A stretch of DNA of 64,000 nucleotides from Octopus vulgaris. Lineage: Eukaryota. Positions 1 to 12,533 of the stretch are shown here, in pieces. The position numbers were made by a program, and so were the translations under genes. The stretch is taken from assembly GCA_951406725.2 (NCBI GenBank), contig OX597816.1, positions 165,850,001 through 165,914,000 on the forward strand. Reading direction: 5' to 3'. The stretch's first letter is position 1. The number at the start of each line of letters is the position of its first letter. Under the pieces are notes generated by a model. That model made no database searches. It saw nothing but the letters and a program-made list of their open reading frames with translations, and had not been told where the DNA came from.

Positions 1-489
1 CCTCCACAAATATATAATCAAGTGTGTTATGAATACACATTCATCTGAAAGTTGTTCTCTATTGGTTTGAGCTCCTCATAGAATCCACCTACATTGATTT
101 AAAACCCCGTTGCTTTTGCTAGCGATATCATTTAAAATTTTAAATACTTCACACAAACCCGGAAGCTAGCAACTAAGGCCTTTCCTTCTACTATGTTATT
201 GATTTGTGAAAACCAGATATATCTTCAAGCAGAAGGATTAGATTAGATTAGAGGTAATATATACTTAAGGGTTGCTATAGTGATGTTACTAGAGGGTAAC
301 ACCTTTTTGAGATGATAAGATATGAGGAGGTGAGCTAAGAGTGCGATGATGACAACATTTACGACGTGTCATCAACAATGTGATGTGTTCATATTATTAT
401 ATTATTATGTTATCATTATTCTGACTCCACCTAAATGTAATAAGGTATCATGTAAATAAATATATGCATCTATGTATGTATATTATTTG

Positions 490-522
<33 letters not shown>

Positions 523-586
523 TGTATGTATGTATGTATGTGTGTATATACATATATATATATATATGAATATTTATACATATATA

Positions 587-961
587 TCTCTCTCTATATA
601 AACGGCAGTTTGTCTGTGCGTGTTTCTGTGTGTCTGTTTGCTTGTACCCTCACTCTGACCACGGCTTTCAACCGATTCTGATGAAACTTGACACACACAT
701 AGCCCAATGTCATAATTCAAAACTAACGCAGCGAAAATTTTGAAAAGTTCCCCCAGTTCTGAAAAAAATCGATAAATTCGACATGGGGTCGAGAATCAGA
801 AACACAAACCGCAAACTGTCTAGGGGACGCAACTCCACCTTTTTAACTAAAAAAAACATTTATCATCATTTTTTTCCATTTTTTTGCTATTTTTTGGCTA
901 TAACTCTCTAAAAATGCTTTATATGCTTACAAACCTGAGCAACGCCGGGCGATACTGCTAG
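587..961 (+). mobile_element. Non-autonomous Helitron, copy A
   Basis: A|TC(TCTCTATATA) 5' end; subterminal hairpin cctgagcaacgccggg; CTAG|T 3' end; no TSD; near-identical to 1436-1820. Confidence 0.85.
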
Positions 962-1005
962 TGTATATATATATATACATATATATATACATATATATAT
1001 ATAAT

Positions 1006-1036
<31 letters not shown>

Positions 1037-1107
1037 ATATGTATATGTATTCATATATATGTATATATTCATATATATATATGTATATGTATATGAATAT
1101 ATGTACA

Positions 1108-1156
<49 letters not shown>

Positions 1157-1257
1157 ATACACATTTATATAAATTCATATATATTTATAAATATATATAT
1201 CTACAAATACATATATTTCATCTTATACGTGTGTGTGTATGCATGTGTGTGTATGTA

Positions 1258-1297
<40 letters not shown>

Positions 1298-1435
1298 TGT
1301 GTACATTATGTCAATATCCTTCATCGTTTCCCAAACCTTATTCCACCTTTTTTTTTTTTTTTTTGCCTTCTCATGCGTCAATGCTATAAGGCTGCTGATA
1401 TATTTCTGTTTGCACGTGATAAACATATCAATTTA

Positions 1436-1820
1436 TCTCTCTCTATATAAACGGCAGTTTGTCTGTGCGTGTTTCTGTGTGTCTGTTTGCTTGTACCCTC
1501 ACCCTGACCACGGCTTTCAACCGATTCTGATGAAACTTGACACACACATAGCCCAATGTCATAATTCAAAACTAACGCAGCGAAAATTTTGAAAAGTTCC
1601 CCCAGTTCTGAAAAAAATCGATAAATTCGACATGGGGTCGAGAATTAGAAACCCAAACCACAGACCGTCTAGGGGACGCAACTCTACCTTTTTTAACTCT
1701 CAAAAAAAATTTACCATCATTTTTTTTCCATTTTTTTGCTATTTTTTGGCTATAACTCTCTAAAGATGCTTTATAGTTATTTCCCTTACAAACCTGAGCA
1801 ACGCCGGGCGATACTGCTAG
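1436..1820 (+). mobile_element. Non-autonomous Helitron, copy B
   Basis: A1435|TC...gcaacgccgggcgatactgCTAG|T1821; same body as copy A. Confidence 0.88.
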
Positions 1821-2020
1821 TCCTTCAATAAATGTCATAGACTTCTTAATTTCCAAATGACAGCAATAAATTCGGTTTATTATCGAACATTTCAAGACCA
1901 GCAATATCTCGATATCTTTACAATGAATTTCACACCATCGTTCTCTCGAAATACATTTGTCGCCCAAATAATGCTTTATCCGCTCGAAAGTATAGCAACA
2001 TCATTTCGTTTAAGTCAACA

Positions 2021-2162
2021 CTAGCAGTATCGCCCGGCGTTGCTCAGGTTTGTAAGGGAAATAACTATAAAGCATTTTTAGAGAGTTATAGCCAAAAAAT
2101 AGCAAAAAAATGGAAAACAAATGATGGTAAATTTTTTTTGAGAGTTAAAAAAGGTAGAGTTG
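2021..2162 (-). mobile_element. Helitron 3' fragment, copy C
   Basis: Reverse complement of the last ~140 bp of copy B (ctagcagtatcgcccggcgttgctcagg...), fused to a SINE-A fragment. Confidence 0.85.
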
Positions 2163-2472
2163 TCAAGCAATGCTAGGGAGACAAACACAGACACACAAAC
2201 ACATATACACACATACATATATATACATATATACATATATATACATATATACAAACACAGACACACAAACACATATACACACATACATATATATACATAT
2301 ATACATATATATACATATATACGACAGGCTTCTTTCAGTTTCCGTCTACCAAATCCACTTACAAGGCATTGGTCGGCCCAGGGCTATAGCAGAAGACACT
2401 TGCCCAAGATGCCACGCAGTGGGACTGAACCCGGAACCATGTGGTTGGTTAGCAAGCTACTTACTACACAGC
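2161..2472 (-). mobile_element. SINE family A, truncated at both ends
   Basis: Matches the reverse complement of full copies such as 46842-47260; internal (TACA/TA)n tract. Confidence 0.85.
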
Positions 2473-3078
2473 AATTTTCAGAATGAGATAAAAATCCAAG
2501 GCTGTGAAAGATTTCAGAACATTTATAAATAGGTCTTACAGCTGTTTTCAGGATATTTTATATATCCCTTCATCGGAGACGGTGTGAGAAAATGGTTAAA
2601 GCAACAGTTATTCTAGATAAGATATGAAATAATTTTTCGAGATGGGGTTTGTATGGAGGGTTCTTATATGATTTAAGGTTGTAGCTATTGGTATTAACTG
2701 TCATTTTTCTGCATTTTTGATTGCGTGGAAGAAAGCTTTCCATCTCATTCTTCGGATGAGGTCCTTTGTTTTGGTAAGGAGGAGTAAGAGGAAAGTCTTT
2801 TGTGAAGGAATAGATGTGTCCTTAAGAAAAATGGAATCGTTTATCTATTACTGAAGCTTTACCTGAAATAAGTGGTTATAATAGCGAGAAAAAGAGGTTA
2901 TGAGAGGTCATGGTGTCAATAATACCCAAATGTGTCCGGTAATGCTGAGTAAGTGCTATGGATAGACTATAGTTAAGCTCCAGGTTCGGTGATTATGCGA
3001 ATGAGGAGTCCAGCGTAGGTCATATATCAGTATGTGGATATATAAAAAATTTTCAGAATGAGATAAAAATCCAAGGCT
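2473..3078 (-). mobile_element. Non-autonomous Penelope-like (Naiad-type) monomer with hammerhead ribozyme
   Basis: 31-bp direct repeat at 2473-2503 and 3048-3078; minus frame LKDTSIPSQKTFLLLLLTKTKDLIRRMRWKAFF resembles the PLE ORF N-terminus; HHR at 2533-2580. Confidence 0.75.
2533..2580 (-). ncRNA. Type I hammerhead ribozyme (variant core CCGAUGA)
   Basis: Minus strand: gtct-CCGATGA-agggatat ataaa atatcct-GAAA-acagctg-TA-agac; stem I gtct/agac, paired stem II, palindromic stem III. Confidence 0.7.
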
Positions 3079-3217
3079 ATACACACACACACATATACAT
3101 ACATGCACACACACATATATACATACATACAAACATACATACATACATACATACATACATACATACATACATACATACATACATACATACATACATACAT
3201 ACATGACATACATGTAC

Positions 3218-3276
<59 letters not shown>

Positions 3277-3278
<2 letters not shown>

Positions 3279-3537
3279 TTCAGCAAAATTTAGATTCAAT
3301 GAATATAGTACTTAAGTTAGAGGCACCAGAATTTTATATGGTGTTATCCATATAAATCCATGGGGTGATTATAATCAAAATAAGCAACAAGAATAACTTC
3401 GGTAATTTGGTACGATCGTTTCACGCTTCATCATTTTATTAAATGTTGTAAGTATTGTAATACTTACAATATTTAATAAAATGTAGCGTGAAACGATCGT
3501 ACCAAATTACCGAAGTTATTCTTGTTGCTTATTTTGA
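3277..3537. repeat. PLE-like fragment beside (TA)n, ending in a fold-back hairpin (3375-3537)
   Basis: ~80-bp near-perfect inverted arms centred at 3457/3458; each arm contains GAAACGATCGTA (HHR stem III plus cleavage triplet). Confidence 0.7.
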
Positions 3538-3673
<136 letters not shown>

Positions 3674-3957
3674 AGTACTTGGAGAAGAAGAAACGAAACG
3701 AAACGAACGAATCGAATCGACGCGGGAGCGCTCAGTCATACAATAGTATAATAAATAAAATATATGCATGCATACATACATATATGTACGTACCTACGTC
3801 TACATGTATATATACATGCATATATAAATATATATACGTGAGTACAGGACACCACAAATAGACGTAGAACTCAACGAGAAACGAAAGCGGAAAAAGAAGC
3901 ATGGAACAGACCATTTTTTTACAACGAAAAACAGAGTACAAGACAAACTACACAAGG

Positions 3958-3988
<31 letters not shown>

Positions 3989-3993
<5 letters not shown>

Positions 3994-4120
3994 ATGAGTG
4001 GAAATAGCACAGAAGTCTAAGAAATTTCAATTTAAGAAGGAATTTAATAAAAATGATTTTCTAAAAATATATTGAAATGTCTTAGACTTACTTCTGCGCT
4101 ATTTCCATCCCCATCTTTTA
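3989..4120. repeat. Fold-back inverted repeat next to (TA)n
   Basis: aaagatgagtggaaatagcacagaagtctaagaaatttcaat ... attgaaatgtcttagacttacttctgcgctatttccatccccatcttt. Confidence 0.75.
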
Positions 4121-4164
4121 TGTATAAAAATTTGATTTGTATAGATCTCTAATCTTTTTTCAAC

Positions 4165-4250
<86 letters not shown>

Positions 4251-4487
4251 TTGCGACGGGAACAGCATTAATACAAAAAGGTAATCTTTTTTATCATGGA
4301 TGTGTTATTAGAACAGTGAATACTGCGTTGTTAGTCTTGAGAGAGCCTCTCATTTAGGTGCGCTTGCTGCATTAAAGAACGCACATAAATCGCAGGGAAT
4401 GAGATTAACGCTGTATTCACTATTCTAAGACATCCATGTTCAGCTGGAGATAAAGATTACCTTTTGGTATTAATATATTAATATATA

Positions 4488-4650
4488 GGCGCAGGAGTGG
4501 CTGTGTGGTAAGTAGCTTGCTTAGCAGCCACATGGTTCCGGGTTCAGTCCTATTGCGTGGCACCTTGAGCAAGTGTCTTCTGCTAAAGCCTCGTGCCGAT
4601 CAAAGCCTCGTGAGTGGATTTGGTAGACGGAAACTGAAAGAAGTCCGTTG

Positions 4651-4695
<45 letters not shown>

Positions 4696-4910
4696 ATATG
4701 TTTGTGTGTCTGTTTGTTTCCCCAACATCGCTTGACAACCGATGCTGGTGTGTTTACGTCCTCGTAACTTAGTGGTTCGGCAAAAGAGACCGATGGAATA
4801 AGTACTAGGCTTACAAAGAATAAGTCCTGGGGTCGATTTGCTCGACTAAAGGCGTTGCTCCAGCATGGCCACAGTCTGGAAAACAAGTAAAAGAGAAAAG
4901 AGAAAGAGGA
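4488..4910 (+). mobile_element. SINE family A, full length (tRNA-like head, CORE-like block, internal microsatellite, LINE-like tail)
   Basis: A-box gtggctgtgtggt, B-box ggttcagtcc, accttgagcaagtgtcttc, tail ccagcatggccacagtc...(gtaaaaga)n; about 20 full or partial copies in the window. Confidence 0.88.
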
Positions 4911-5284
4911 AAAAAGAATACTGTTTCCGTTGCAAATAATAAATTTTCAGTAAGCCTGCTGGTGTTCTGCGTCATGATTGTCTAAAAGGATGCTGGCATT
5001 CTATACATCGTTGCAGCGAGATTTAACTGGCATGCAATGACCGGACTCTTCTCACTGATAATTTCTACTCTATTTTACTCTTTCACTTGTTTCAGTCATT
5101 TGGCTGCGGCCATACTGGAGCACCGCCTTTAGTCGAGCAAGTCGACCCAGGACTTATTCTTTGTAAGTCTAGTACTTATTCTATCGCTCTCTTTTGACGA
5201 ACCGCTAAGTTACGAGGACGCAAACGCACCAGCATCGGTTGTCAAGCGAAGTTGGGAGAACAATCACAGACACACAAACACATG

Positions 5285-5324
<40 letters not shown>

Positions 5325-5733
5325 CATATACATATACATATATACGTGTGTGTGTGTGCACGAGCGAGTAAACAAACAAACGGAAGTAGCAATTAACACA
5401 CATTTATTGTGTAATAGCTTCAATTAGTTCCTCGTGTTGTTTCAAGTTTCGTGTACTTGAAAACAGGTCCATCTTGTACACTTCGGTCACATTTCTGAGT
5501 GTGCAAAGAGGGACATAGACATGCTTTCACGTCCACGAATGTTGAAATAAACAAAAAAGGAACGATGTCAACCATGTGACTATCTCTCCCTCTCCCTCTT
5601 TCTCTCTCTCCCTCTCTCTCCCCTTCTCTCTCTTTCTCTTTACACACACACACATATACATATATACTTGTAATACAAGGATAACATTTTTCAAAAAAAT
5701 CGTATCAATGGCAGATATATTAAAATTATTAAG

Positions 5734-5847
5734 AATTATAAATAAGAGCAAAAGAAAAAAGAATTCTATGCCAATATGCCGAAAAATAGATTTTAGATCA
5801 TCTATATTGGCATAGAAAATGTTTTTCTTTTGTCCTTATTTATAATT
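5734..5847. repeat. Fold-back inverted repeat, same family as 32237-32465
   Basis: aattataaataagagcaaaagaaaaa...ctatgccaata pairs with tattggcatag...ttttcttttgtccttatttataatt. Confidence 0.7.
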
Positions 5848-5956
5848 GTTTATTTCGGTTTAATGGCTTTCTATACGGCACCGTTTTTACAATCCTATAA
5901 ATAATAATAATGGTATTTTTTTAGATATAGGTATAAAGCTTATGGCGATCACCGTG

Positions 5957-6005
<49 letters not shown>

Positions 6006-6052
6006 CATACATATATATATGTATATATATGTATGTATATGTATATATATAT

Positions 6053-6220
6053 AGTTAATCCAAACATGAAAACACAACAACGCGAGGACGTGGAACAAAT
6101 ATAGTACTATTGGACGCTCAGGAAGGAAGGAAAGAAGGAGGGTTTAACGTTTCGAGCAGAGCTCTTCGTCAGAAACATAGGGAAAGGAAAGATCCAAAGA
6201 AGGGAAGACGGAGGAAAATA
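6053..6220 (-). mobile_element. Short HHR-bearing element in (TA)n (family H1)
   Basis: Near-identical to 7703-7905; bounded by (TA)n; HHR at 6142-6176. Confidence 0.78.
6142..6176 (-). ncRNA. Minimal type I hammerhead ribozyme
   Basis: Minus strand: gttt-CTGACGA-a gagc tct gctc-GAAACGTTA-aac; self-complementary AACGTT stem III as in dimeric minimal HHRs. Confidence 0.75.
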
Positions 6221-6550
6221 TATATATATGAAATATAAAATGGGTCAAGAACGCAAAACATCCGGACAGCTAGGTGATGCAAAAAGGGGCAACAAAGCAT
6301 CCAGACAGACGATACAAAGAAAACAAGAACGGGTCATTCGAAGTTTTCTTTCCTCAGTTAAGCACCAGATTATCCTTGCAATTTCGGCTGATTATTCTTG
6401 ATGTCAATAGATATATATATATGTGTATGTGTGTGTGTATACACACACACATACATCTTGTCCATGTATGTGTGTGTGTGTATACACACACACATACATC
6501 TTGTCCATGTATGTATGCATGTATGTATCATCTGTTTCTTTATCTATCTG

Positions 6551-6634
<84 letters not shown>

Positions 6635-7276
6635 GATAAATACATACATACATACATACACAATGTATTTTAGAAAAGTTTGAAAAGAAGAATGTCGAGT
6701 GTTTATGTTAGTAATTGATATTTATCTGTTAAATTAATCCTTATTTATTCAAGCCTCAGCATCTCGAGCGGCTTCTAAAAGCATGTCTTGAACAAGAAAA
6801 ATCCATATATTCATCAATAAGTCGGTTTCTCATCAGCTTCCAGACAGCATTCTCTGAACGACAATTAAAATTTGTTACAATGCAACCGGAAATATGGCTT
6901 CACTAAGTGTGTGTGGATTAGATTCTTGTAAAGCTTGACACAAGACGGTCTTGTAATATCTCTGCGTAGCTAACTGACAATCTTGTCATTTTCTAAATAT
7001 AATACCATTCAAATATTATTCCATTTTCAAAAACATGGTGTGTGAAATGGCGGATATTAGATAAGAGATAGCATATATCTGATATTAATATCAATATTGG
7101 AAGTCTTCTCCAACACGAAGGAAAGTTGTTATCTGCATTTTCGTATCTGACAATATATACATATATATAATTCTTACAATGTGCTTTATTTGGAGATATG
7201 CGGGGAAGGGGCGAACCGAAGAGAGATTTATATATCTTTCAATCTAATTGTCTAATTTTCTCTTTATCCCTCCCAT

Positions 7277-7385
<109 letters not shown>

Positions 7386-7395
7386 TGTATGTATG

Positions 7396-7442
<47 letters not shown>

Positions 7443-7620
7443 ATACACGGTGTTTTCTTTCTTTCTGTTTTTCTCTCTATCCATCTGTTTTGAGGAAGAA
7501 CGTAGGCTCGATATATCTATGATTCTTCTATTTTCTCCTGACCATCAAACTAAGGCACGTTTTTTTATTGCTTCCTCACTTGTTATTGCCTTCTGTCTTT
7601 TTTGTTTTTATATAATTTTC

Positions 7621-7622
<2 letters not shown>
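7443..7622 (+). mobile_element. Degenerate H1-like element
   Basis: ttTGAGGAagaacgtaggctcGATA decayed core; similarity to reverse complement of 7703-7905; microsatellite flanks. Confidence 0.5.
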
Positions 7623-7702
<80 letters not shown>

Positions 7703-7705
<3 letters not shown>

Positions 7706-7900
7706 TAATCCAAACATGAAAACACAACAATGCGAGGACGTGGAACAAGTATAGTATTATTGGACGCTCAGGAAAGAAGGAAAGAAGGTGGGTTTAACAT
7801 TTCGAGCGGAGCTCTTCGTCAGAAACATAGGAAAAGGAAAGATCCAAAGAAGGGAAGACGAAAGAAAAAAATTCTCCAACGGTACACACGCGGTCATATT

Positions 7901-7905
<5 letters not shown>
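7703..7905 (-). mobile_element. H1 element with HHR at 7792-7826
   Basis: Minus strand: gtttCTGACGAagagctccgctcGAAATGTTAaac; (TA)n on both sides. Confidence 0.78.
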
Positions 7906-7961
<56 letters not shown>

Positions 7962-7971
<10 letters not shown>

Positions 7972-8128
7972 GTGTAGGAAGAAATGGAGCTGAACGAAGA
8001 TTTAACAAAATTCCTTTTTATTATTTTCTACATATGTTTCAAAGCCTTTGAAACATATGTAGAAAATAATAAAAAGGAATTTTGTTAAATCTTCGTCCAG
8101 CTCCATTTCTTCCCTCACTAAATATATA
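7962..8128. repeat. Near-perfect ~80-bp-arm hairpin centred beside an HHR 3' half
   Basis: ...ctacatatgtttcaaa gcc tttGAAACATATGTAgaaa...; element continues to ~8280, (TA)n on both sides. Confidence 0.85.
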
Positions 8129-8276
8129 AAACTTCAAATTTCCGCACTAAGGCACGGGTTTGAGACCCCTTGGTCGTAACCTCAACCGTGATTTTTCTGT
8201 TGTGATTTTTGCTACCCAGGTATCGGTTATCATTTGAATAATCCGTAATAAGATAATTCATTTATCTACTTCAATA

Positions 8277-8324
<48 letters not shown>

Positions 8325-8327
<3 letters not shown>

Positions 8328-8650
8328 TTTATTTTATCTTTTACTATTTTCAGCCCAGGACTGAGGTCATGCTGGTGCACCCACCTGTCATTACTCGGTA
8401 TTGTTTCCGGTATTGCTTTTTGATGAAGTAGCGAGTTTTGTGGAACTGCTCTTCTTTGTGTCTCCTGCCGCGATGTGAGTTCATCTGGTATCTGAAACAG
8501 AAACCTGTACAGACGTTCCTTGAAAGCTTCAACATCAATACCATGTAGATCTCGAAAGTTGTCTGGCAGGATATTGAACAATTGCGGGCCCTTGAAAACC
8601 CAGGCTATTTCAGTACTATGTCCTTATTTTAGATGGAGAAGACGGGAGTT
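8325..8650 (-). mobile_element. CR1/L2-group LINE 3' end
   Basis: GPQLFNILPDNFRDLHGIDVEAFKERLYRFLFQIPDEL...NSLLHQK followed by a tail resembling the SINE-A tail. Confidence 0.75.
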
Positions 8651-8794
8651 TTGGTATCCATCCATCCATCCATCCATCCATCCATCCATCCGTCCGTCCG
8701 TCTATCCATCCATCCATCCATCCAACCATACATACATACATACATACATACATACATACATACATACATACATACATACATACATACATACATC

Positions 8795-9118
8795 GTGGCA
8801 CTCCGCCGCTCACGACGACGATTGCTCGTGTAAGTGGTTGAGCACTCCGCAGACGCGTGAGCCCTTACCGTAGTTCTCGGCGAGACTCAGCGTAACACGG
8901 CTGGCCCTTGGAAATACAGGTACAACAGAAAACAGGAAGAAAGAGTGAGAGAAAGTTGTAGTGAAAGAGTGCAGCAGGGTACGCCCCACCCTACCGTAGC
9001 TTTGTGGAGATTTAGATGTTTTTGTTCAATAAATACTCACAACGCCTGGTCTGGTAATCGAAACCACGTTCCTGCTACCGCGAGACCGCAGCCCTAACCA
9101 CTGGGCCATTGCGCCTCC
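8795..9118 (-). mobile_element. SINE family C
   Basis: Head ggcgcaatggcccagtggttagggc...ggtttcgattacc; tail ...gtcgtcgtgagcggcggagtgcc similar to 37610-37860 and 52768-53088. Confidence 0.7.
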
Positions 9119-9207
9119 ACCATACATACATACATATATACGTACGTACGTACATACATACATACATATATACGTATGTACGTACATACATACATACATA
9201 CATACAT

Positions 9208-9240
<33 letters not shown>

Positions 9241-9254
9241 TATGCATACATACA

Positions 9255-9722
9255 ATTGCTCTACCAAGATTCCAAGTTCATGTATATACCTGTAATTATT
9301 GGGGACGTGAGATATGTAACACACTAACTAAATACCAATCTTGAGAAATTAGGTTTCTCAAAACCAGAAAGGAAAAAGCTAATTCGAGGACTACAGATCC
9401 AATCCATCACTGGAACTGTAAAGATCTGTAAATCTTCCCAGAAGTTTATCATTTAAATATATATGAGCATGTCTAGATATGCAACTCCATGCATGAGAAT
9501 ACATACATAAAACATACAAATCTGCACACATACATACATTCATTCATTCATACATACATACATACATATATACATACATACATACATACATACATACATA
9601 CATACATACATACAAAATTACCCTGTTGTTGATGTTGAAATTCCAATGAAGGCACCTTAGATCTAGGTTAGAAACCGGTTCTTTCTCTATTGGCAAGAAA
9701 TCTTGAAATAAACTGAATAATG
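9255..9722 (+). mobile_element. RLE-type LINE 3' end within (TACA)n
   Basis: IPVIIGDVRYVTH*LNTNLEKLGFSKPERKKLIRGLQIQSITGTVKICKSSQKFII; homologous to 23260-23960. Confidence 0.75.
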
Positions 9723-10142
9723 ATATACATACATGCATACAAAATAAATACATACGACTGGGTGTAAATGTGTGTATTATGTATAAGGTTTTCGCCTTCA
9801 AATTTATTTTAATTTATTTGTATTTGGACAGAACACTTACTTTTCATAACATGCTACACTTAAGGCTAGGCGCGTGTGCACCTTCTGTCATCAATCAAGT
9901 ACTTTTATACTGTTTGTTTTACACTAATATTGCGGGACTTTCAATTCAGTTCCGTTTAGAAACACAACTATGGCCAATACTGAAGCCATAACAAAATAAA
10001 TAAAGCAGAAGAATTAAATTACTGTGTTTTTATTTTCGATAATTTCTACGACATAACAAAGTAATATGTATATTCATAATATTTTAACGACCGTTATGTC
10101 CATCTATGTGCATGTTTGTGAGGTGGGTATATACATACATAA

Positions 10143-10258
<116 letters not shown>

Positions 10259-10450
10259 ATGTATGTATGTATTGTATGTATGTATGTATATATATATATA
10301 TATATATGACGGGCTTCTTTCAGTTTCCGTCTACCAAATCCACTCACAAGGCTTTGGTCTGGCCAAGGCTATAGTAGAAGACACTTACCTAAGGTGTCAC
10401 GCAGTAGGGCTGAACCCGGAACCATGTGGTCGGTAAGTAAGCTACATACT

Positions 10451-10491
<41 letters not shown>

Positions 10492-11679
10492 AAGAGAGAG
10501 AGAATGAGAGACTAGTTGAAAGGCAGACACACAGAGAGAAAGACAGAGTGGCATACATACATATATACATACATATATATACATACGTATATAGATACAT
10601 ATATGCAGAATTACATAAATGCATACCATATGCATCCACACATAGACACCAATATATAGGTATACATACATATATATATGTAAGTATGTGCGTATATATA
10701 TGTATGCATATGTATGTATATTATATATAAATGAACGGAATTCACTCCAATTGAGAAGTAATTGACATTTTTACTTCCCAACTAAATTATGGACAAATAG
10801 CAGGCAACAGGTTTGAGATGAGTTATATACGAAGTGCAGATCTGATAGTTAATCTCTGAGTTTTATTATCAGACTGTGTGTTTGAAGTGGTATTGGAGTA
10901 GATTCAGCGAACAGCAGGAAATGAGAAAATATTCCGACTAGAAGGTAAAAAGTTTTTTGGAGTGTGCAAAACGAAATATAAATGAATTTAAATCGATTTT
11001 CTCTTTCGATGTTGTATATGAAAAACGGTAAATATAATTTTGGAAGTTTTCGTGAATTTTATACATAGGAAATAAAAGATATTACTTGAGAGGAAAGCGG
11101 CCGATCATGTAAGTAAATATTGATGGGGTGAAACGGTGTTTTCAGTCTAGAACAACCATGGCAACTGCCATGATATAATAGAATTTTCGCTAAGATCCAA
11201 TATTATAGTCGCGATAAATTTTTCTTCTTTCTTTTTTTTTTTTTTTTTTTTGTGGCGGCGCGGGTGGGGGGCTGAAGTCGGATCGGGCTGTGGTTAGTGG
11301 AGTAAGTAGAACATAAATTTTGATCTAGATGTGTTTAGGTGCGTGTATAGTAATTCCTCTATACTCTGTAACAAGGAAAATAGAATGAATGCATTTTTTA
11401 TTGTGAGAAGGTTCGGGGTGTGGTGGTTCGGTGTGTTGCACTGTTGATCGTAAGATCATGGTTTCGATTCTCGTATCGGACGGTCAGTTGTGTTGTTAAA
11501 CAAAATATTTCGTTTCACGCTGCTGCAGTCGATTCAACTTTGGATGGGTTTCAGCAATAGCTGGGAAGTTAAACCTGTGACGGACTGGCGTCCTATTCAG
11601 GTGGGAGGGAATGTCCTCTAAGCTGGGTTATATCCCGGTGTTATGAGTCGTAGGGCTTATGGCAGATCTAAGTCTAAGT

Positions 11680-11855
11680 CAGTGCTTCTTAAACTATGGG
11701 TTCGCGAAACGAAATCCTGGGATCTCGAAAATTAAATTAAAAGGATTGAATTTAAGTTTATATGTTACTTCACAAACGCATACTTAATACCTGGGATCGT
11801 GAAAAATCTCGTGATGAAAAATAGGGTCATGAAGGAAAAAGTTTAAGAAGCGCTG
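11680..11855. mobile_element. hAT (Charlie-like) MITE
   Basis: TIR cagtgcttcttaaact / agtttaagaagcgctg; 8-bp TSD gtctaagt / gtctaatt. Confidence 0.82.
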
Positions 11856-11889
11856 GTCTAATTCATGAGAGGAGGGAAGCGCACACGTA

Positions 11890-12457
11890 CGAGGGTGAGT
11901 CAAAAAGTAATGCCATGTTGTTTGGGACAGGTATAATTACCAACACAAGAACATGCATCATATATCAAAATGAAGCTATTCCTCTGTGGATCATATCCCT
12001 ACTTCTCAACATAGTCACCGTTTCTCTCAATAGCAACGTTCCACCTTCGAATGAGAGCATGTATCCCTATCCCGTAAAATTCTATTGACTGTTCTTTGAG
12101 CTACTTCTTTACTACAGTTTTCACTTCCTCGTCACTGGAATAATGTTTACCTCTCAAACCCTCTTTCATGGGGCCGAAGAGATGATAGTCTGAAGGCACT
12201 AAATGATTCCAGTGACGAGGAAGTGAAAACTGTAGTGGAGAAGTAGCTCAAAGAACAGTCAACACAATTTTACGGGGCAGAAATAAATGTTCTCATTCGA
12301 AGGTAGAACATTGCTATTGAGAGAAACGGTGACTATGTTGAGAAGTAGAGATGTGATCCACAGAGGAACAGCTTCATTTTGATGGATGATACATGTTCCT
12401 GTGTTGGTACTTATATCTGTCTTAAACAAAATGGCACTACTTTTTGACTCACCCTCG
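11890..12457. mobile_element. Palindromic mariner MITE made of two transposase 3' ends
   Basis: TA|cgagggtgagtcaaaaagta TIR; ~250-bp inverted arms; left arm (minus) encodes SDYHLFGPMKEGLRGKHYSSDEEVK...RWNVAIERNGDYVEK. Confidence 0.88.
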
Positions 12458-12533
12458 CATCTCCTTTCAGCGACTGGAGATGTCGATGTGATCAATGATC
12501 GTCACGTACTTCTGTAAGACGATGGTATTAAGG

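Noticed and set aside
6330-6400. CTGAGGA...GAA on the minus strand as another HHR
   Set aside because: Cannot assemble stems I and III with a UH triplet
6424-6512. Tandem duplicated (TG)n-TATA-(CA)n palindrome
   Set aside because: Explained by ordinary microsatellite slippage
9635-9690. HHR-like string ccaatgaagg...gaaaccggttc in the RLE LINE 3' UTR
   Set aside because: Two mismatches in CUGANGA, and the second copy (~23300) lacks the GAAAC; not supportable
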